Shown here piece by piece: positions 20,921 to 30,615 of a stretch of 64,000 nucleotides of DNA. The first letter of the stretch is position 1. Every line of letters begins with the position of its first letter. The DNA comes from Patescibacteria group bacterium (GTDB lineage Bacteria; Patescibacteriota; Patescibacteriia; UBA2591; CALHIP01). The translations under genes and the position numbers were made by a program. The notes below the pieces were generated by a model. That model did not search any database. It was not told the DNA's origin and saw nothing but the letters and a program-made list of their open reading frames with translations. The stretch is taken from assembly GCA_026417895.1 (NCBI GenBank), contig JAOACJ010000014.1:63-64062 (forward strand), written 5' to 3'.

Positions 20921-21709
20921 ATGGTTTCCAGGAAAATTAAGTATTTTGTTTTTTTCATTCTTGTTTTATTATTGATTGTTTTCTATAGACTTGGTTGGCT
21001 TTTTTTTATTGGCCAAATAATGCTACCTTTCCAGAAATTGTTTTTTCAATCAGAAAGCAAATCTTGGCAACAAAAAATAGTTAGAGAAGAAGAAAAATTA
21101 AAAAATGAAATTGAAAGGTTAACCTTGGAAAATATTAAACTTAAACTTTTAGAAAAAGAAAATGAAGAATTAAAGAAAGAATTAGGATATCAAAAAAATA
21201 GTTCTTATCGAAGAAAAGTATGCCGTCTTATTGGCCGTCAGACAGAGGCAGGTGTCACTTGGTTTATTTTAGATCAGGGAGAGGAAGAAGGTATAAAAAT
21301 TGGTCAGGCAGTTGTCAGTGGCGATGTTGTCGTTGGTAAGATAGCTAAAGTAACAAAATATTTTTCCTATCTTTTACCGCTGACCGATGAAAGAACAACT
21401 TTCTCTGCCTTAACTATATCTTCGGAAGGAAAGATTAAAGAAGAAAACAAGGTCAGTGGATTGGTGAGGGGAAAATGGGGGCTGTCTTTAGAAATGGACT
21501 GGATTCCTTTGGCAAAGAAAATAAATGTTGGTGATTATGTTATTACCGCTGGCCTTGAAGAAAATATTCCTCAAGGATTGTTGATTGGTCGGATTGGAAG
21601 CATTGAAAATAAAGTCGGGGCGATTTTTCAAAAAGCCGTTGTTTTACCAGAGAAAAAAATTGAAGATCTTAATATCGTGAGTGTTATTGTTATGAACAGT
21701 CGTCAGTAA
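20921..21709 (+). CDS. mreC: rod shape-determining protein MreC
   Basis: TM, coiled coil (ENEELKKEL), GDYVITAGL..PQGLLIG; synteny. Confidence 0.88.
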   Translation: MVSRKIKYFVFFILVLLLIVFYRLGWLFFIGQIMLPFQKLFFQSESKSWQQKIVREEEKLKNEIERLTLENIKLKLLEKENEELKKELGYQKNSSYRRKVCRLIGRQTEAGVTWFILDQGEEEGIKIGQAVVSGDVVVGKIAKVTKYFSYLLPLTDERTTFSALTISSEGKIKEENKVSGLVRGKWGLSLEMDWIPLAKKINVGDYVITAGLEENIPQGLLIGRIGSIENKVGAIFQKAVVLPEKKIEDLNIVSVIVMNSRQ

Positions 21710-21737
21710 GTGGCGAGTTTTCACAAATTTTACTTCT

Positions 21738-22238
21738 ATGATTACAATCATCTTCAATGTCATACTCGCATTTTTACTCGCGATGGTTCAATTAGCGATT
21801 ATTCCTACTAATGAAATTTTTCTTAACCTTACTCTCTGTTTAATTATTTATTTTACTCTTTACAATTTTTCTTTTGCTTTAATTCTGTCAATTCTGACCG
21901 GTCTTTTTCTGGATATTTTTTCAATTTTTGACTTCCCTCTTTTTACCCTTTCTTTTTTATCGACGCTCTTGATAACTTATTTTTTAGTTCATCGCTTTTT
22001 TACCCTAGAGAATTTTTGGTCGTTTTTGATTGTCTCCTTCGTTGGGATAATAGCCTATCATCTTAGTTTTTTGATTTTAAATCGTTTCTTCTCTCTTTTC
22101 AAAACTACCGAAATGATAATTTTTTTCAATAAAAAATACTTTTTTTATTTAATTTCTACGACTTTAATTAATTTAGGTTTTATTTCTCTACTCTTAATTA
22201 TAACGAATAGAAAAAAAGAAAAATTTTTAATAAAATGA
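21738..22238 (+). CDS. mreD: rod shape-determining protein MreD
   Basis: Hydrophobic protein with GLFLDIFS, between mreC and PBP2. Confidence 0.75.
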   Translation: MITIIFNVILAFLLAMVQLAIIPTNEIFLNLTLCLIIYFTLYNFSFALILSILTGLFLDIFSIFDFPLFTLSFLSTLLITYFLVHRFFTLENFWSFLIVSFVGIIAYHLSFLILNRFFSLFKTTEMIIFFNKKYFFYLISTTLINLGFISLLLIITNRKKEKFLIK

Positions 22239-24112
22239 ATATCGATTTTAACTTTCCTGAAGAAAAAATAAAAGAGAGGGTAATAAAAAATTTTTCTCAT
22301 CGTGATTTTGCCGGCGAAGAATATTCCCCGTCTTTAGACGGCGAGGCACGACGAATTGCAATTAATAAAAAAATATTTGATCTTATCCTTATTCTGTTAT
22401 TTTTCTTTATTTTTTTAAATATAATTCAATTATTCAATCTTCAAATTGTCAAAGGTAATTATTATCTAAAAGTTGCCAGAGAAAATTCTGTGCGGATTGA
22501 GCCAATTAAAGCCGGACGTGGAATTATTTACGACCGTCAGTTAAGACCATTAGTTAGAAATATTCCAAAATTTTCTCTTTTTTGGGTTCCGACAAAAATT
22601 TCTCAACAAAGAAAAGAGGAAATGATTGAAAAACTGGCTGGTATTTTGAATCAAGAAAAGGAAGAGTTATCTTTCCTACTTCAAAAAACAACTTCCCATC
22701 AACCCGTTTTAGTCAAAGAAAGTTTAAATTACGAAGCAGCACTTCTTTTTGAGATAGAAAAGGAAAACTTTCCGGGTTTAATCCTACAAATTGAACAAGG
22801 TCGTCAATATTTAATGGGCCCTGAATTTTCCCACCTCTTGGGTTATACGGGTAAGATTTCTCCAGTGGAATTGGAAAGAGAAATAGGTTATTCGTATACT
22901 GACGAAATTGGTAAAGATGGGATAGAAAAATATTATGAAAAAAAACTCCGTGGTCGAGATGGTCGAAAAAGAGTTGAAACCGATCTTAAGGGGAGAGAGG
23001 TGGTCGTTGCTCAAGAACCAGCCAAAAATGGCGAAGACGTTATTTTAACCATTGATCTTGATTGGCAAAAGAAATTAGCCGAAATTCTTGCCAGACAAAT
23101 TAAAAGTGCTGGTGCTAATAGAGGAGCGGCTATTATTTTAAATCCAAAGAATGGAGAAATTTTAGCTTTGATCAGTTATCCTTACTTTGACAATAATCTT
23201 TTTAGTCAAGGTCTTTCAAAAAAAGAATTTGAAAAGATCAGACAGGATCCTAATCAGCCACTTTTTTTCCGGAGTATTGCTGGCGAATACATGTCTGGCT
23301 CAACAATAAAACCAGTTCTAGCCTTAGGAGCTTTAGAAGAGGGGATTATTGATGAACAAACAACGATCATAAGTACTGGCGCCCTTCAAGTCGGTAACCA
23401 ATTTTATTCTGATTGGAAGAAGGGTGGACATGGACCTACTCAAGTTAAAAAGGCTTTAGCCGAATCGGTTAATACTTTTTTCTATTTGATCGGTGGCGGT
23501 GATAAAAAATTTTTAGGCTTAGGACCAGAAAAAATGAATTTTTATCTCAACCAGTTTGGCTTGGGTAAAAAAACTAACATTGATCTCCCAGGAGAAAGAG
23601 ATGGTTTTTTGCCTTCGCCGGCATGGAAAAAAACAGCAAAAAATGAGGATTGGTACATTGGCGATTCTTATAATTTATCCATTGGTCATGGCGAAATTAG
23701 GACCACCCCTCTACAGATTGCTTATTTGACGGGTCTGATTGCTAACGAAGGCCAACTATTTCAACCTCATCTTCTCAAGGAAAATTCTCTAAATCAAGAA
23801 TTTTCTACTCTCCCGTTTAAAAAAGAAAACTTTAAAATTGTTAAAGAAGGAATGAGAGAGGCGGTGATTTACGGTACCGCTAAGGCTCTAAATAATTTAT
23901 CCATCAAGGTGGCTGGTAAAACCGGAACTGTTGAGACAAATGATGGTCGACCCCATTCTTGGTTTACTTGTTTTTTTCCTTACGATGATCCGAGAGTCGT
24001 TATGACAGTTTTAATCGAAAACGGTGGCGAGGGGAGTGGTCCGGCTTTGAGAACGGTCAAAGAATTTTTAGAATGGTATATTAAAAATGAAAATTCAAGA
24101 TCAAAATTTTAA
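22235..24112 (+). CDS. mrdA: penicillin-binding protein 2
   Basis: RGIIYDR; STIK (SxxK), SVN (SxN), KTG. Confidence 0.93.
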   Translation: MNIDFNFPEEKIKERVIKNFSHRDFAGEEYSPSLDGEARRIAINKKIFDLILILLFFFIFLNIIQLFNLQIVKGNYYLKVARENSVRIEPIKAGRGIIYDRQLRPLVRNIPKFSLFWVPTKISQQRKEEMIEKLAGILNQEKEELSFLLQKTTSHQPVLVKESLNYEAALLFEIEKENFPGLILQIEQGRQYLMGPEFSHLLGYTGKISPVELEREIGYSYTDEIGKDGIEKYYEKKLRGRDGRKRVETDLKGREVVVAQEPAKNGEDVILTIDLDWQKKLAEILARQIKSAGANRGAAIILNPKNGEILALISYPYFDNNLFSQGLSKKEFEKIRQDPNQPLFFRSIAGEYMSGSTIKPVLALGALEEGIIDEQTTIISTGALQVGNQFYSDWKKGGHGPTQVKKALAESVNTFFYLIGGGDKKFLGLGPEKMNFYLNQFGLGKKTNIDLPGERDGFLPSPAWKKTAKNEDWYIGDSYNLSIGHGEIRTTPLQIAYLTGLIANEGQLFQPHLLKENSLNQEFSTLPFKKENFKIVKEGMREAVIYGTAKALNNLSIKVAGKTGTVETNDGRPHSWFTCFFPYDDPRVVMTVLIENGGEGSGPALRTVKEFLEWYIKNENSRSKF

Positions 24113-24132
24113 AATTTAAGATTAATTTTTTT

Positions 24133-24807
24133 ATGAAAAAAATTGTTATCAGTTTAGGCGGTTCCTTAATTGTGCCAAAGGTTGGTTTTTTAGATTTAAA
24201 TTTTATTAAAAAATTTAAAAATTTAATTTTAAAATTTGCCCGAAAATATAGAATTTTTATTGTTGTAGGTGGAGGGAAATTGGCTCGTTTTTATCAGCAA
24301 GAGGCCAGACATTTAAAAATTAAAAGAACCGATTTAGATTGGTTAGGTATTTTCGCTTCGCGATTGAATACTCAGTTTGTTAAAAGCTTTTTTGACCAGC
24401 AATCATTTTCGGAAATTGTTACCTCTCCTTTAAAGAAAATAAAAACAAAAAAAATCGTTTTCTTGAGTGGCTGGAAGCCGGGTTGGACCACTGATTTTGT
24501 TGCCACGAAGATTTGTCAAGTCTATAAAGTAAAAGAGATTCTTAATTTGACTAATGTTGATTATATTTACGACCGAGATCCAAGAAAAAATAAAAAAGCA
24601 AAACCATTAAAAAAAATTTCTTGGTCTGATTACCTAAAAATTATTGGTCGAAGATTTAAACCCGGCGGAAACTATCCTTTTGATCCGGTGGCAAGTTTAT
24701 TGGCCAAAAAACTAAAAATTAAGTTAATCAGCCTGAATGGTAAAAATTTAAAGGCTGTGGATAACTATTTGACAGGAAAAAAATTTATTGGTAGTATTAT
24801 AAAATAG
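24133..24807 (+). CDS. pyrH: UMP kinase, archaeal-type
   Basis: ISLGGSL, VVGGGKLAR, GWKPGWTTD, TNVDYIYDRDP, PFDPVAS. Confidence 0.88.
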   Translation: MKKIVISLGGSLIVPKVGFLDLNFIKKFKNLILKFARKYRIFIVVGGGKLARFYQQEARHLKIKRTDLDWLGIFASRLNTQFVKSFFDQQSFSEIVTSPLKKIKTKKIVFLSGWKPGWTTDFVATKICQVYKVKEILNLTNVDYIYDRDPRKNKKAKPLKKISWSDYLKIIGRRFKPGGNYPFDPVASLLAKKLKIKLISLNGKNLKAVDNYLTGKKFIGSIIK

Positions 24808-24896
24808 CCGTAGACAAGAGGTTTCGCCACGAAAGCGGATTAAAATCCTCTCGAGGCTTTGAAGATTTTATTCTTGTCTACGGTTCAGGTAGACAA
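24808..24896 (+). promoter_or_regulatory. ribosomal protein L10 leader RNA
   Basis: CCGTAGACAAGA...TCTTGTCTACGG stem with internal GAGG..TTAA..CCTC; directly upstream of rplJ. Confidence 0.8.
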
Positions 24897-24905
24897 ATTT
24901 TCTTT

Positions 24906-25427
24906 ATGGCCAAAACAAGGGAACAAAAAAAAGAGATTTTAAAGAAATTGGAAGAAAAAATTTCTCAAGCCAAATCTTTGGTTTTAGTTGGCTATCAAAA
25001 AATCAAGAGTAAAGATCAGGAAAGGTTAAGAAAGATGGCCAAGGAAAGAGGTGGTGAGTTTATGGTTGTCAAAAAAAACCTTTTCAAATTAGCCTGGCAA
25101 AGATTAAATTTAGAAAAAGAATGGTTGGAAAAAATTGATCAAGAAATAGGCTTAGTTCTTGGTTATCAAGATGAAATTCTCCCGGCTAAAATTTGTGTTG
25201 ATTTTAATCGAGAGAATGAAAATTTAAAAATTAAAGCTGGTTTTTTTAATCGTCGCCTTATCGATCTCTCGGAAATTAAATTTTTAGCCATCCTGCCTTC
25301 AAAAGAAGTTCTTTTGCGACAATTATTATTTTCAATTAGAGCCCCTTTAGATAAATTTATCAACGTTTTAAGAGGTAATCTAAAATCTTTTGTCTATCTT
25401 CTACATTTAATCTCTCAAAAAAGTTAA
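24906..25427 (+). CDS. rplJ: 50S ribosomal protein L10
   Basis: [21 protein letters not shown]. Confidence 0.93.
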   Translation: MAKTREQKKEILKKLEEKISQAKSLVLVGYQKIKSKDQERLRKMAKERGGEFMVVKKNLFKLAWQRLNLEKEWLEKIDQEIGLVLGYQDEILPAKICVDFNRENENLKIKAGFFNRRLIDLSEIKFLAILPSKEVLLRQLLFSIRAPLDKFINVLRGNLKSFVYLLHLISQKS

Positions 25428-25437
25428 ATTTTTTCTT

Positions 25438-25851
25438 ATGAGCGAAGAAAAAAAACAAAAAGAAGTAAAAACTCCTGAAAAATTCAAAGATTTGGTGGAG
25501 AAAATTGAAAAGCTCTCTGTTCTAGAATTGGCTGAATTGGTAAAAATTTTAGAAGAAAAATTTGGTGTCTCGACTCAAGCCGCCGTTGTGGCGCCAGCCA
25601 GTGCCGTTACGCCAACTGAAGTTAAAAAAGAAGAAGAAAAAAATTCTTTTGACATTGAATTAACTGAAGTTGGAGCGAATAAAATCGCCGTTATCAAAAT
25701 TGTTCGCGATCTGAGTGGTAAAGGTCTAAAAGAAGCAAAAGATCTAGTAGATACGGCACCAAAAATTATCAAAGAAAAAGCAAGTAAAGAAGAGGCAGAG
25801 GAAATAAAGAAAAAATTAGAAGAGGTAGGGGCTAAAGTGACTTTAAAGTAG
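25438..25851 (+). CDS. rplL: 50S ribosomal protein L7/L12
   Basis: [34 protein letters not shown]. Confidence 0.97.
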   Translation: MSEEKKQKEVKTPEKFKDLVEKIEKLSVLELAELVKILEEKFGVSTQAAVVAPASAVTPTEVKKEEEKNSFDIELTEVGANKIAVIKIVRDLSGKGLKEAKDLVDTAPKIIKEKASKEEAEEIKKKLEEVGAKVTLK

Positions 25852-25893
25852 TTTGCCCCTTTCATCAAGAAACAATGGATTGTATGAATTATA

Positions 25894-25921
25894 AAAACCG
25901 CCAATTGCGGAGGCAGTTTTT
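25894..25921. terminator. probable bidirectional terminator
   Basis: AAAAACCGCC...GGCAGTTTTT imperfect hairpin between convergent genes. Confidence 0.5.
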
Positions 25922-25956
25922 GATTTAATTGCCTTTTACATTTCTATCTTCACAAT

Positions 25957-28014
25957 TTATAATTCTATCTCAACAATCTGTGACCTATTAAGCAGCCAGA
26001 TCTTTGTTTCTTTTTCGTCAACAAAAAGATCTTTTAGATCAGTAAATTTTTCCGAAGTGATTTGTTTGATCAATTTTCCGTTTTTATCTAAAAGAACAAT
26101 TCTTTTATTTTCCGGTTCTAAGAGATAAATATATTTAAAATCTGGCTGAGTAAGAATCTTCGTCACTTTTTTTATTTCTGGATAAACCCTTTCTTGATCA
26201 AATTTTGATTTTCTACCTAAATAAAATTTTAAAATTTCACCATTCTCTTTTAAAAGATAAATTGAACCATCAATAGTCAATGAAACGATGTTTTTTAAAT
26301 CTACTTTTTCTTTTAACCAATTTGATTCTTGACCAAAACCTTCTTCTAATTTTAAATATTTAAAAATTTGATTATTTTTTTGATCTAGAATATAAAGTTT
26401 ATGGTCGTAGATTTCTAAATCACTGATTGATAACTCTTTTTGTTTGGTTTCTAATTTTAAGGGAGAGATTTTTTTATTTCTTTGATTAAAAAGATAAATT
26501 TTATTCCCTGCCAATAAAATCAATTCGTCTGTTGTATAATTTAAAAATTTTTGTAGAGACAAATCTAATTTGACCAGCGAAGAGGCCCTTCCTATTTTTT
26601 GATCAAAGTCATAAATTTCTTTTAATCTTTTATTAAAAACAAAAAATTTATTATTTTGGAAAGAAAAATTTTCAAACTGACCATTTTTATCCAGAGAAGA
26701 AAGGCTAGTGACTATTTTTGGCTCAGCAATTTTTTCAATTTTATAAAGTTTCTCTAAACTTTCTTCAAAATTATTTTTTAGATTGTTAAAAATTTCTTTT
26801 TCCCAGACTGATTTGGGTTTCAGAAAAATAATTTTATCTTCTATCTCCTTGGCGAGAGTTAAAGCATTTTTTTGGTCAGCATAAATAAGGCTGGCCTTAA
26901 GAAGAGTAATTTTTTCTTGAACCTCCTGAAAGGTTTGGAAAAACTTGGGATTAATTCGGTCTCTATTAACTAAATGAAGGAAATTAAGAATCATCATAAC
27001 GATTAGAATGGTCAATAGAAAAGAGGTAAATTTAATTTTAGGGCGTGGCATTTGCTTGAAAAGGGAGAGAAAAGCATTGAAAATTGGAGGGAAAAAAGAG
27101 AGAGAGATTTTCGGAAGTTTTAGGCTTGGTTTTTTTTCTGGTTTTTTAAAGGGCTCTTCTTTCTTATTGCCATGAATAAAAATTTCTTTTACTTCTTCCT
27201 TGGTCGACTGAACGATGATTTTTGTTGGTACACTAACTGGTTTTATTTCTTCGGTCAAAATTTTTGGCTTTTCTTTTTCTTCGGTGACAAGAGTGGCGAT
27301 TTCCTTTGTTTTTCTCTCTTTCTCTTTTTTAATTAAAAAAACACCGATAGAAATTTCTTCTTTTAAATTTTCTAACGATCTTTCTAAATTTTTCATAGCC
27401 ATCGCCATAGGCGATTTAAATAAACAGTCCCTCAATTTTTCAAAATTAAAATAATCTAAAAAATTGTCCGTAGCAAAAATGAGGAGATCATTTTTTTCTA
27501 AACTGCCACTGATGATTTGGGTGAAGGTTTTAAATGATGTCTGATAACTCTTCTCAGCTGGCTGATAGAGAGGAAGCATTTTATCTTTTCTTAAAATAAA
27601 AGCTTGCATCAGACCAACGGGTGAGAAATAAATTTTTTCTTCTTTGATGACAGCGACGATGGCATTAAGATTTCTAACTAATTTTTCAAAAATTTTTGAA
27701 CCGATAATTTCTTGAGAAATGAGACGGTTAACTTTTTGTAAAGCATTTTCTAAAACTATTTCGACATTATCTGACTCTTTTAAATTTTCAGGTGTGTAAT
27801 AGTTAGTTTTTAAACCATTAATAATAATTTCGGAAACCTCTTTGGTTAAAGAATGAATATTTTTTTCTAGATTAGGCGGAATAGCTAATTGAATTAAAAA
27901 AATAGTTTCTCCTAAAAGTTTTTTATGAAGAGTTGGTGGGACAAAATGCTGTGATTCGACAACGAGATTATTTTTTTTAGGATTAGACAAACAAAATTTT
28001 GAAATTTCTAGCAT
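25957..28014 (-). CDS. membrane protein: degenerate PP2C-like domain, TM, beta-propeller
   Basis: DLLIFATDNF PP2C-like strand; central TM; repeated LYILD/IYLL propeller blades. Confidence 0.6.
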   Translation of the reverse strand: MLEISKFCLSNPKKNNLVVESQHFVPPTLHKKLLGETIFLIQLAIPPNLEKNIHSLTKEVSEIIINGLKTNYYTPENLKESDNVEIVLENALQKVNRLISQEIIGSKIFEKLVRNLNAIVAVIKEEKIYFSPVGLMQAFILRKDKMLPLYQPAEKSYQTSFKTFTQIISGSLEKNDLLIFATDNFLDYFNFEKLRDCLFKSPMAMAMKNLERSLENLKEEISIGVFLIKKEKERKTKEIATLVTEEKEKPKILTEEIKPVSVPTKIIVQSTKEEVKEIFIHGNKKEEPFKKPEKKPSLKLPKISLSFFPPIFNAFLSLFKQMPRPKIKFTSFLLTILIVMMILNFLHLVNRDRINPKFFQTFQEVQEKITLLKASLIYADQKNALTLAKEIEDKIIFLKPKSVWEKEIFNNLKNNFEESLEKLYKIEKIAEPKIVTSLSSLDKNGQFENFSFQNNKFFVFNKRLKEIYDFDQKIGRASSLVKLDLSLQKFLNYTTDELILLAGNKIYLFNQRNKKISPLKLETKQKELSISDLEIYDHKLYILDQKNNQIFKYLKLEEGFGQESNWLKEKVDLKNIVSLTIDGSIYLLKENGEILKFYLGRKSKFDQERVYPEIKKVTKILTQPDFKYIYLLEPENKRIVLLDKNGKLIKQITSEKFTDLKDLFVDEKETKIWLLNRSQIVEIEL

Positions 28015-28087
28015 AACTATTGCTTTATTTTCATTATTTATATATTATTATAAATAATTATAAATAAAAATATTTTTCCAGTCAATT

Positions 28088-28468
28088 ATGATTTTAGTTA
28101 TTAATACTTCGATAAAACCGTATTTTATTGCCTCAGCGACAAAGAGAAAGATAAAAATTTTTTATCTTAAAGATGAAGATCTCAACATTTTAGTTCAATT
28201 AGAACAATTTTTAAAGAAAAACCAAATTAAATGGAATCAAATTTCTGGTCTTGTTATAGTTCCCGATTATCTTTCTTTTACTCGACAAAGAATTATAATT
28301 ACAGTGGCTAATATTTTGGGTATTTTTTTAAATTTAGCCGTGGGTTTAGTCAATCAAAACGAATTTCAAAATATGGAAGAATTAATCAAGATCGGACAGA
28401 AGAGGTTGAGAAGAGGAACGATTCCTTTAGTTTATCATAAAGAGCCAAACATTACTACCAGTCGTTAG
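28088..28468 (+). CDS. tsaB: short TsaB-like protein
   Basis: MILVINTS, SFTRQRIIITVANIL, C-terminal PLVYHKEPNIT. Confidence 0.6.
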   Translation: MILVINTSIKPYFIASATKRKIKIFYLKDEDLNILVQLEQFLKKNQIKWNQISGLVIVPDYLSFTRQRIIITVANILGIFLNLAVGLVNQNEFQNMEELIKIGQKRLRRGTIPLVYHKEPNITTSR

Positions 28469-28498
28469 GTTTTTGCCTTAATAATTTTATTTTGATTT

Positions 28499-28523
28499 TT
28501 AACCCGAAAAGGGTTAATTTTTT
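28499..28523 (+). terminator. intrinsic terminator
   Basis: TTAACCC-GAAAA-GGGTTAA followed by T6. Confidence 0.7.
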
Positions 28524-28638
28524 ATCCCCAAATTATCCACAACCCAAAATTGACTAGTGGAAAAAAATGGGGTATTGTGTATTCGATGAATATAATTGTG
28601 GATAAATGTGGGGATAAGTCAGCGAAATTGTGAATAAG
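28522..28638 (+). promoter_or_regulatory. dcw (mraZ) promoter with DnaA-box cluster and MraZ-like direct repeats
   Basis: TTATCCCCA, TTATCCACA, TGTGGATAA, TGGGGATAA, TGTGAATAA; TTGACT 28550; GTGG/ATGG/GTGT at 10-bp period from 28557. Confidence 0.65.
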
Positions 28639-28680
28639 TGCCGATTTTGTCTGAACGTTAGTGAAGATACAGAATCGAGC

Positions 28681-28794
28681 ACCCCGCCCTTATTCCAACA
28701 ATAAACTTACAAAATATAGAAAGTAAAAGGCGAAGCCGCCTTACAGTTTTCATCTTTGTAAATCACAAGTTTTTCGAGAGAATAAGTGCGGGGT
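28681..28794. mobile_element. MITE/REP-like element with 14-bp terminal inverted repeats
   Basis: ACCCCGCCCTTATT...AATAAGTGCGGGGT; homologous copy in opposite orientation at 39227-39306. Confidence 0.65.
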
Positions 28795-28860
28795 ACGGAA
28801 TTTTGTCCTAAAATTTCCATCGCTCTGCTCTGCGCGCTCGTAAATTTTAACCAAATTCGT

Positions 28861-29292
28861 ATGTTTATTGGCGAATACCACTATAAACTTGATGAAAAGG
28901 GAAGGTTAGCTATTCCTCCTAAATTTCGTTTAAGCTTTAAAAAGGGAACGGTTGTGACACGGGGCCTTGATAATTGTCTTTTTCTCTACCCAAAACCAGA
29001 ATGGCAAAAATTGGCTTTAAAGCTTTCTCAATTGCCTATTAGTAAAGCAAAAACAAGAGCTTTTGGTCGCTTAATGTTAGCCGGAGCAATGGATGTGATT
29101 TTAGATCGTCAGGGGAGAATTATTTTACCTGACTATTTAAGAAACTATGCCAAAATCAAAAAAAATGTTGTCATTGCTGGTCTCTATAACCGATTAGAAA
29201 TTTGGGATGAAAAAGAATGGGAGGAGTATAAAAGACAGTCAGAAAGAGAAAGTAGGGATATTGCCGAAACTCTAGGTGAATTAGGTGTCTAA
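28861..29292 (+). CDS. mraZ: division/cell wall cluster transcriptional repressor
   Basis: MFIGEY..LDEKGRLAIP, DRQGRIILP, RLEIWD. Confidence 0.96.
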   Translation: MFIGEYHYKLDEKGRLAIPPKFRLSFKKGTVVTRGLDNCLFLYPKPEWQKLALKLSQLPISKAKTRAFGRLMLAGAMDVILDRQGRIILPDYLRNYAKIKKNVVIAGLYNRLEIWDEKEWEEYKRQSERESRDIAETLGELGV

Positions 29293-29301
29293 CGAAAATT
29301 T

Positions 29302-30198
29302 ATGTCTCATCAACCCGTTCTTTTACAAGAGGTAATTGCCTATCTCTCGCCCCAACCGAATCAAAATTTTATTGATTGTACAATTGGTGGTGGTGGGCAT
29401 GCTTTCGCTATTTTAGAAAAGACAACACCCTTAGGAAAAGTTTTGGGTATTGATTTAAATTCTGAAACTATTCAACAATTAAATTGCAAAATTCAAACCT
29501 CAAATTTCAAATCGAGATTGATATTAGTGAATGATAATTTCATCAATTTATCAAAGATCGTTGAAAAATATAATTTTTATCCGGTTCATGGAATTTTACT
29601 TGATTTAGGACTTTCAACCGATCTATTAGAAAAAAGTGGCAGAGGTTTTAGTTTTCAAGAAGATGAATTTTTAGATATGAGATATGGTCAAAAAGGCAAG
29701 ACTGCTTACGAGATTATTAATCAATGGCCAGAGGAGGAATTAAAAAAAATTTTAAAAGAATATGGGGAAGAAAAACTCGCTTGGCCAATCGCTAGAAATA
29801 TTTTTAAGAGACGCCAAAAAGAAAAAATCAGGACAACCAGAGAGTTAGTAGAGGTAATTAACGATGTCTTAAAAAAATTTAAAGTTTATAACCAGAAATT
29901 TAAAATTAAAACTTTAGCCAGAGTTTTTCAAGCTTTCAGGATTGCTGTCAATGATGAATTAGAAAATTTAAAAAAAGTTCTACCGTCAGCAATAAAAATT
30001 TTAGAAAAAGATGGATGTCTTTTAGTCATTTCTTATCACTCTTTAGAAGACAAAATTGTCAAAGATTTTTTCAAAACCCAAGAAAAAGAAAAACTTTTAA
30101 AAATTTTAACCAAAAAACCCGTTCAGCCAACCGACGAAGAAATAAAATTAAATCCGCGCAGTCGTTCAGCCAAACTGCGCGCCGGACTCAAACTATAA
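29302..30198 (+). CDS. rsmH: 16S rRNA m4C1402 methyltransferase
   Basis: HQPVLL, DCTIGGGGH, LDLGLS, FQAFRIAVN, ISYHSLED, NPRSRSAKLR. Confidence 0.96.
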   Translation: MSHQPVLLQEVIAYLSPQPNQNFIDCTIGGGGHAFAILEKTTPLGKVLGIDLNSETIQQLNCKIQTSNFKSRLILVNDNFINLSKIVEKYNFYPVHGILLDLGLSTDLLEKSGRGFSFQEDEFLDMRYGQKGKTAYEIINQWPEEELKKILKEYGEEKLAWPIARNIFKRRQKEKIRTTRELVEVINDVLKKFKVYNQKFKIKTLARVFQAFRIAVNDELENLKKVLPSAIKILEKDGCLLVISYHSLEDKIVKDFFKTQEKEKLLKILTKKPVQPTDEEIKLNPRSRSAKLRAGLKL

Positions 30199-30231
30199 AA
30201 CCAATAAAATAACCAATAACTAATTAAAAAT

Positions 30232-30600
30232 ATGTCTCCCTACGCCAAAAATTTTATCCAAACCCACTCCTTGCCTCTTTCTGTGAAAGAAAATAAATTT
30301 TTTTCTCTGAAGGTCTTTAAAAAACCATTTGTCTTAAATGTCGTTTTACTTTCTTTTATTTTATTGCTTATTATCTTTCAGTTTATTCTTGTCAATAGAA
30401 TGGTGGTTTATAGCTTTAAGAGAAATGAGCTAGAAGAAGAAAAAAGAATGTTAGAACAAGAAAAGAGGAATCTAGAATTAGAAATAATAAAAATAAAATC
30501 AACCGAGGGAACAAAAGATTCTTTTAAAAATTTTAATCTTGTTCAGGTAGAAGAAATAGAATATTTAAAACCAATCAGTGGCACAATGGCTGAAAAATAG
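30232..30600 (+). CDS. ftsL: FtsL-like cell division protein
   Basis: Single TM plus coiled coil, between rsmH and PBP3. Confidence 0.6.
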   Translation: MSPYAKNFIQTHSLPLSVKENKFFSLKVFKKPFVLNVVLLSFILLLIIFQFILVNRMVVYSFKRNELEEEKRMLEQEKRNLELEIIKIKSTEGTKDSFKNFNLVQVEEIEYLKPISGTMAEK

Positions 30601-30615
30601 TTTAATTTTTTATAT

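Noticed and set aside
28522-28638. Replication origin
   Set aside because: No dnaA/dnaN nearby, and the boxes flank a promoter as they do elsewhere in the window. It cannot be fully excluded without GC skew.
28786-28860. N-terminal extension of MraZ
   Set aside because: Derived from palindromic repeats; the canonical MFIGEY start is at 28861.
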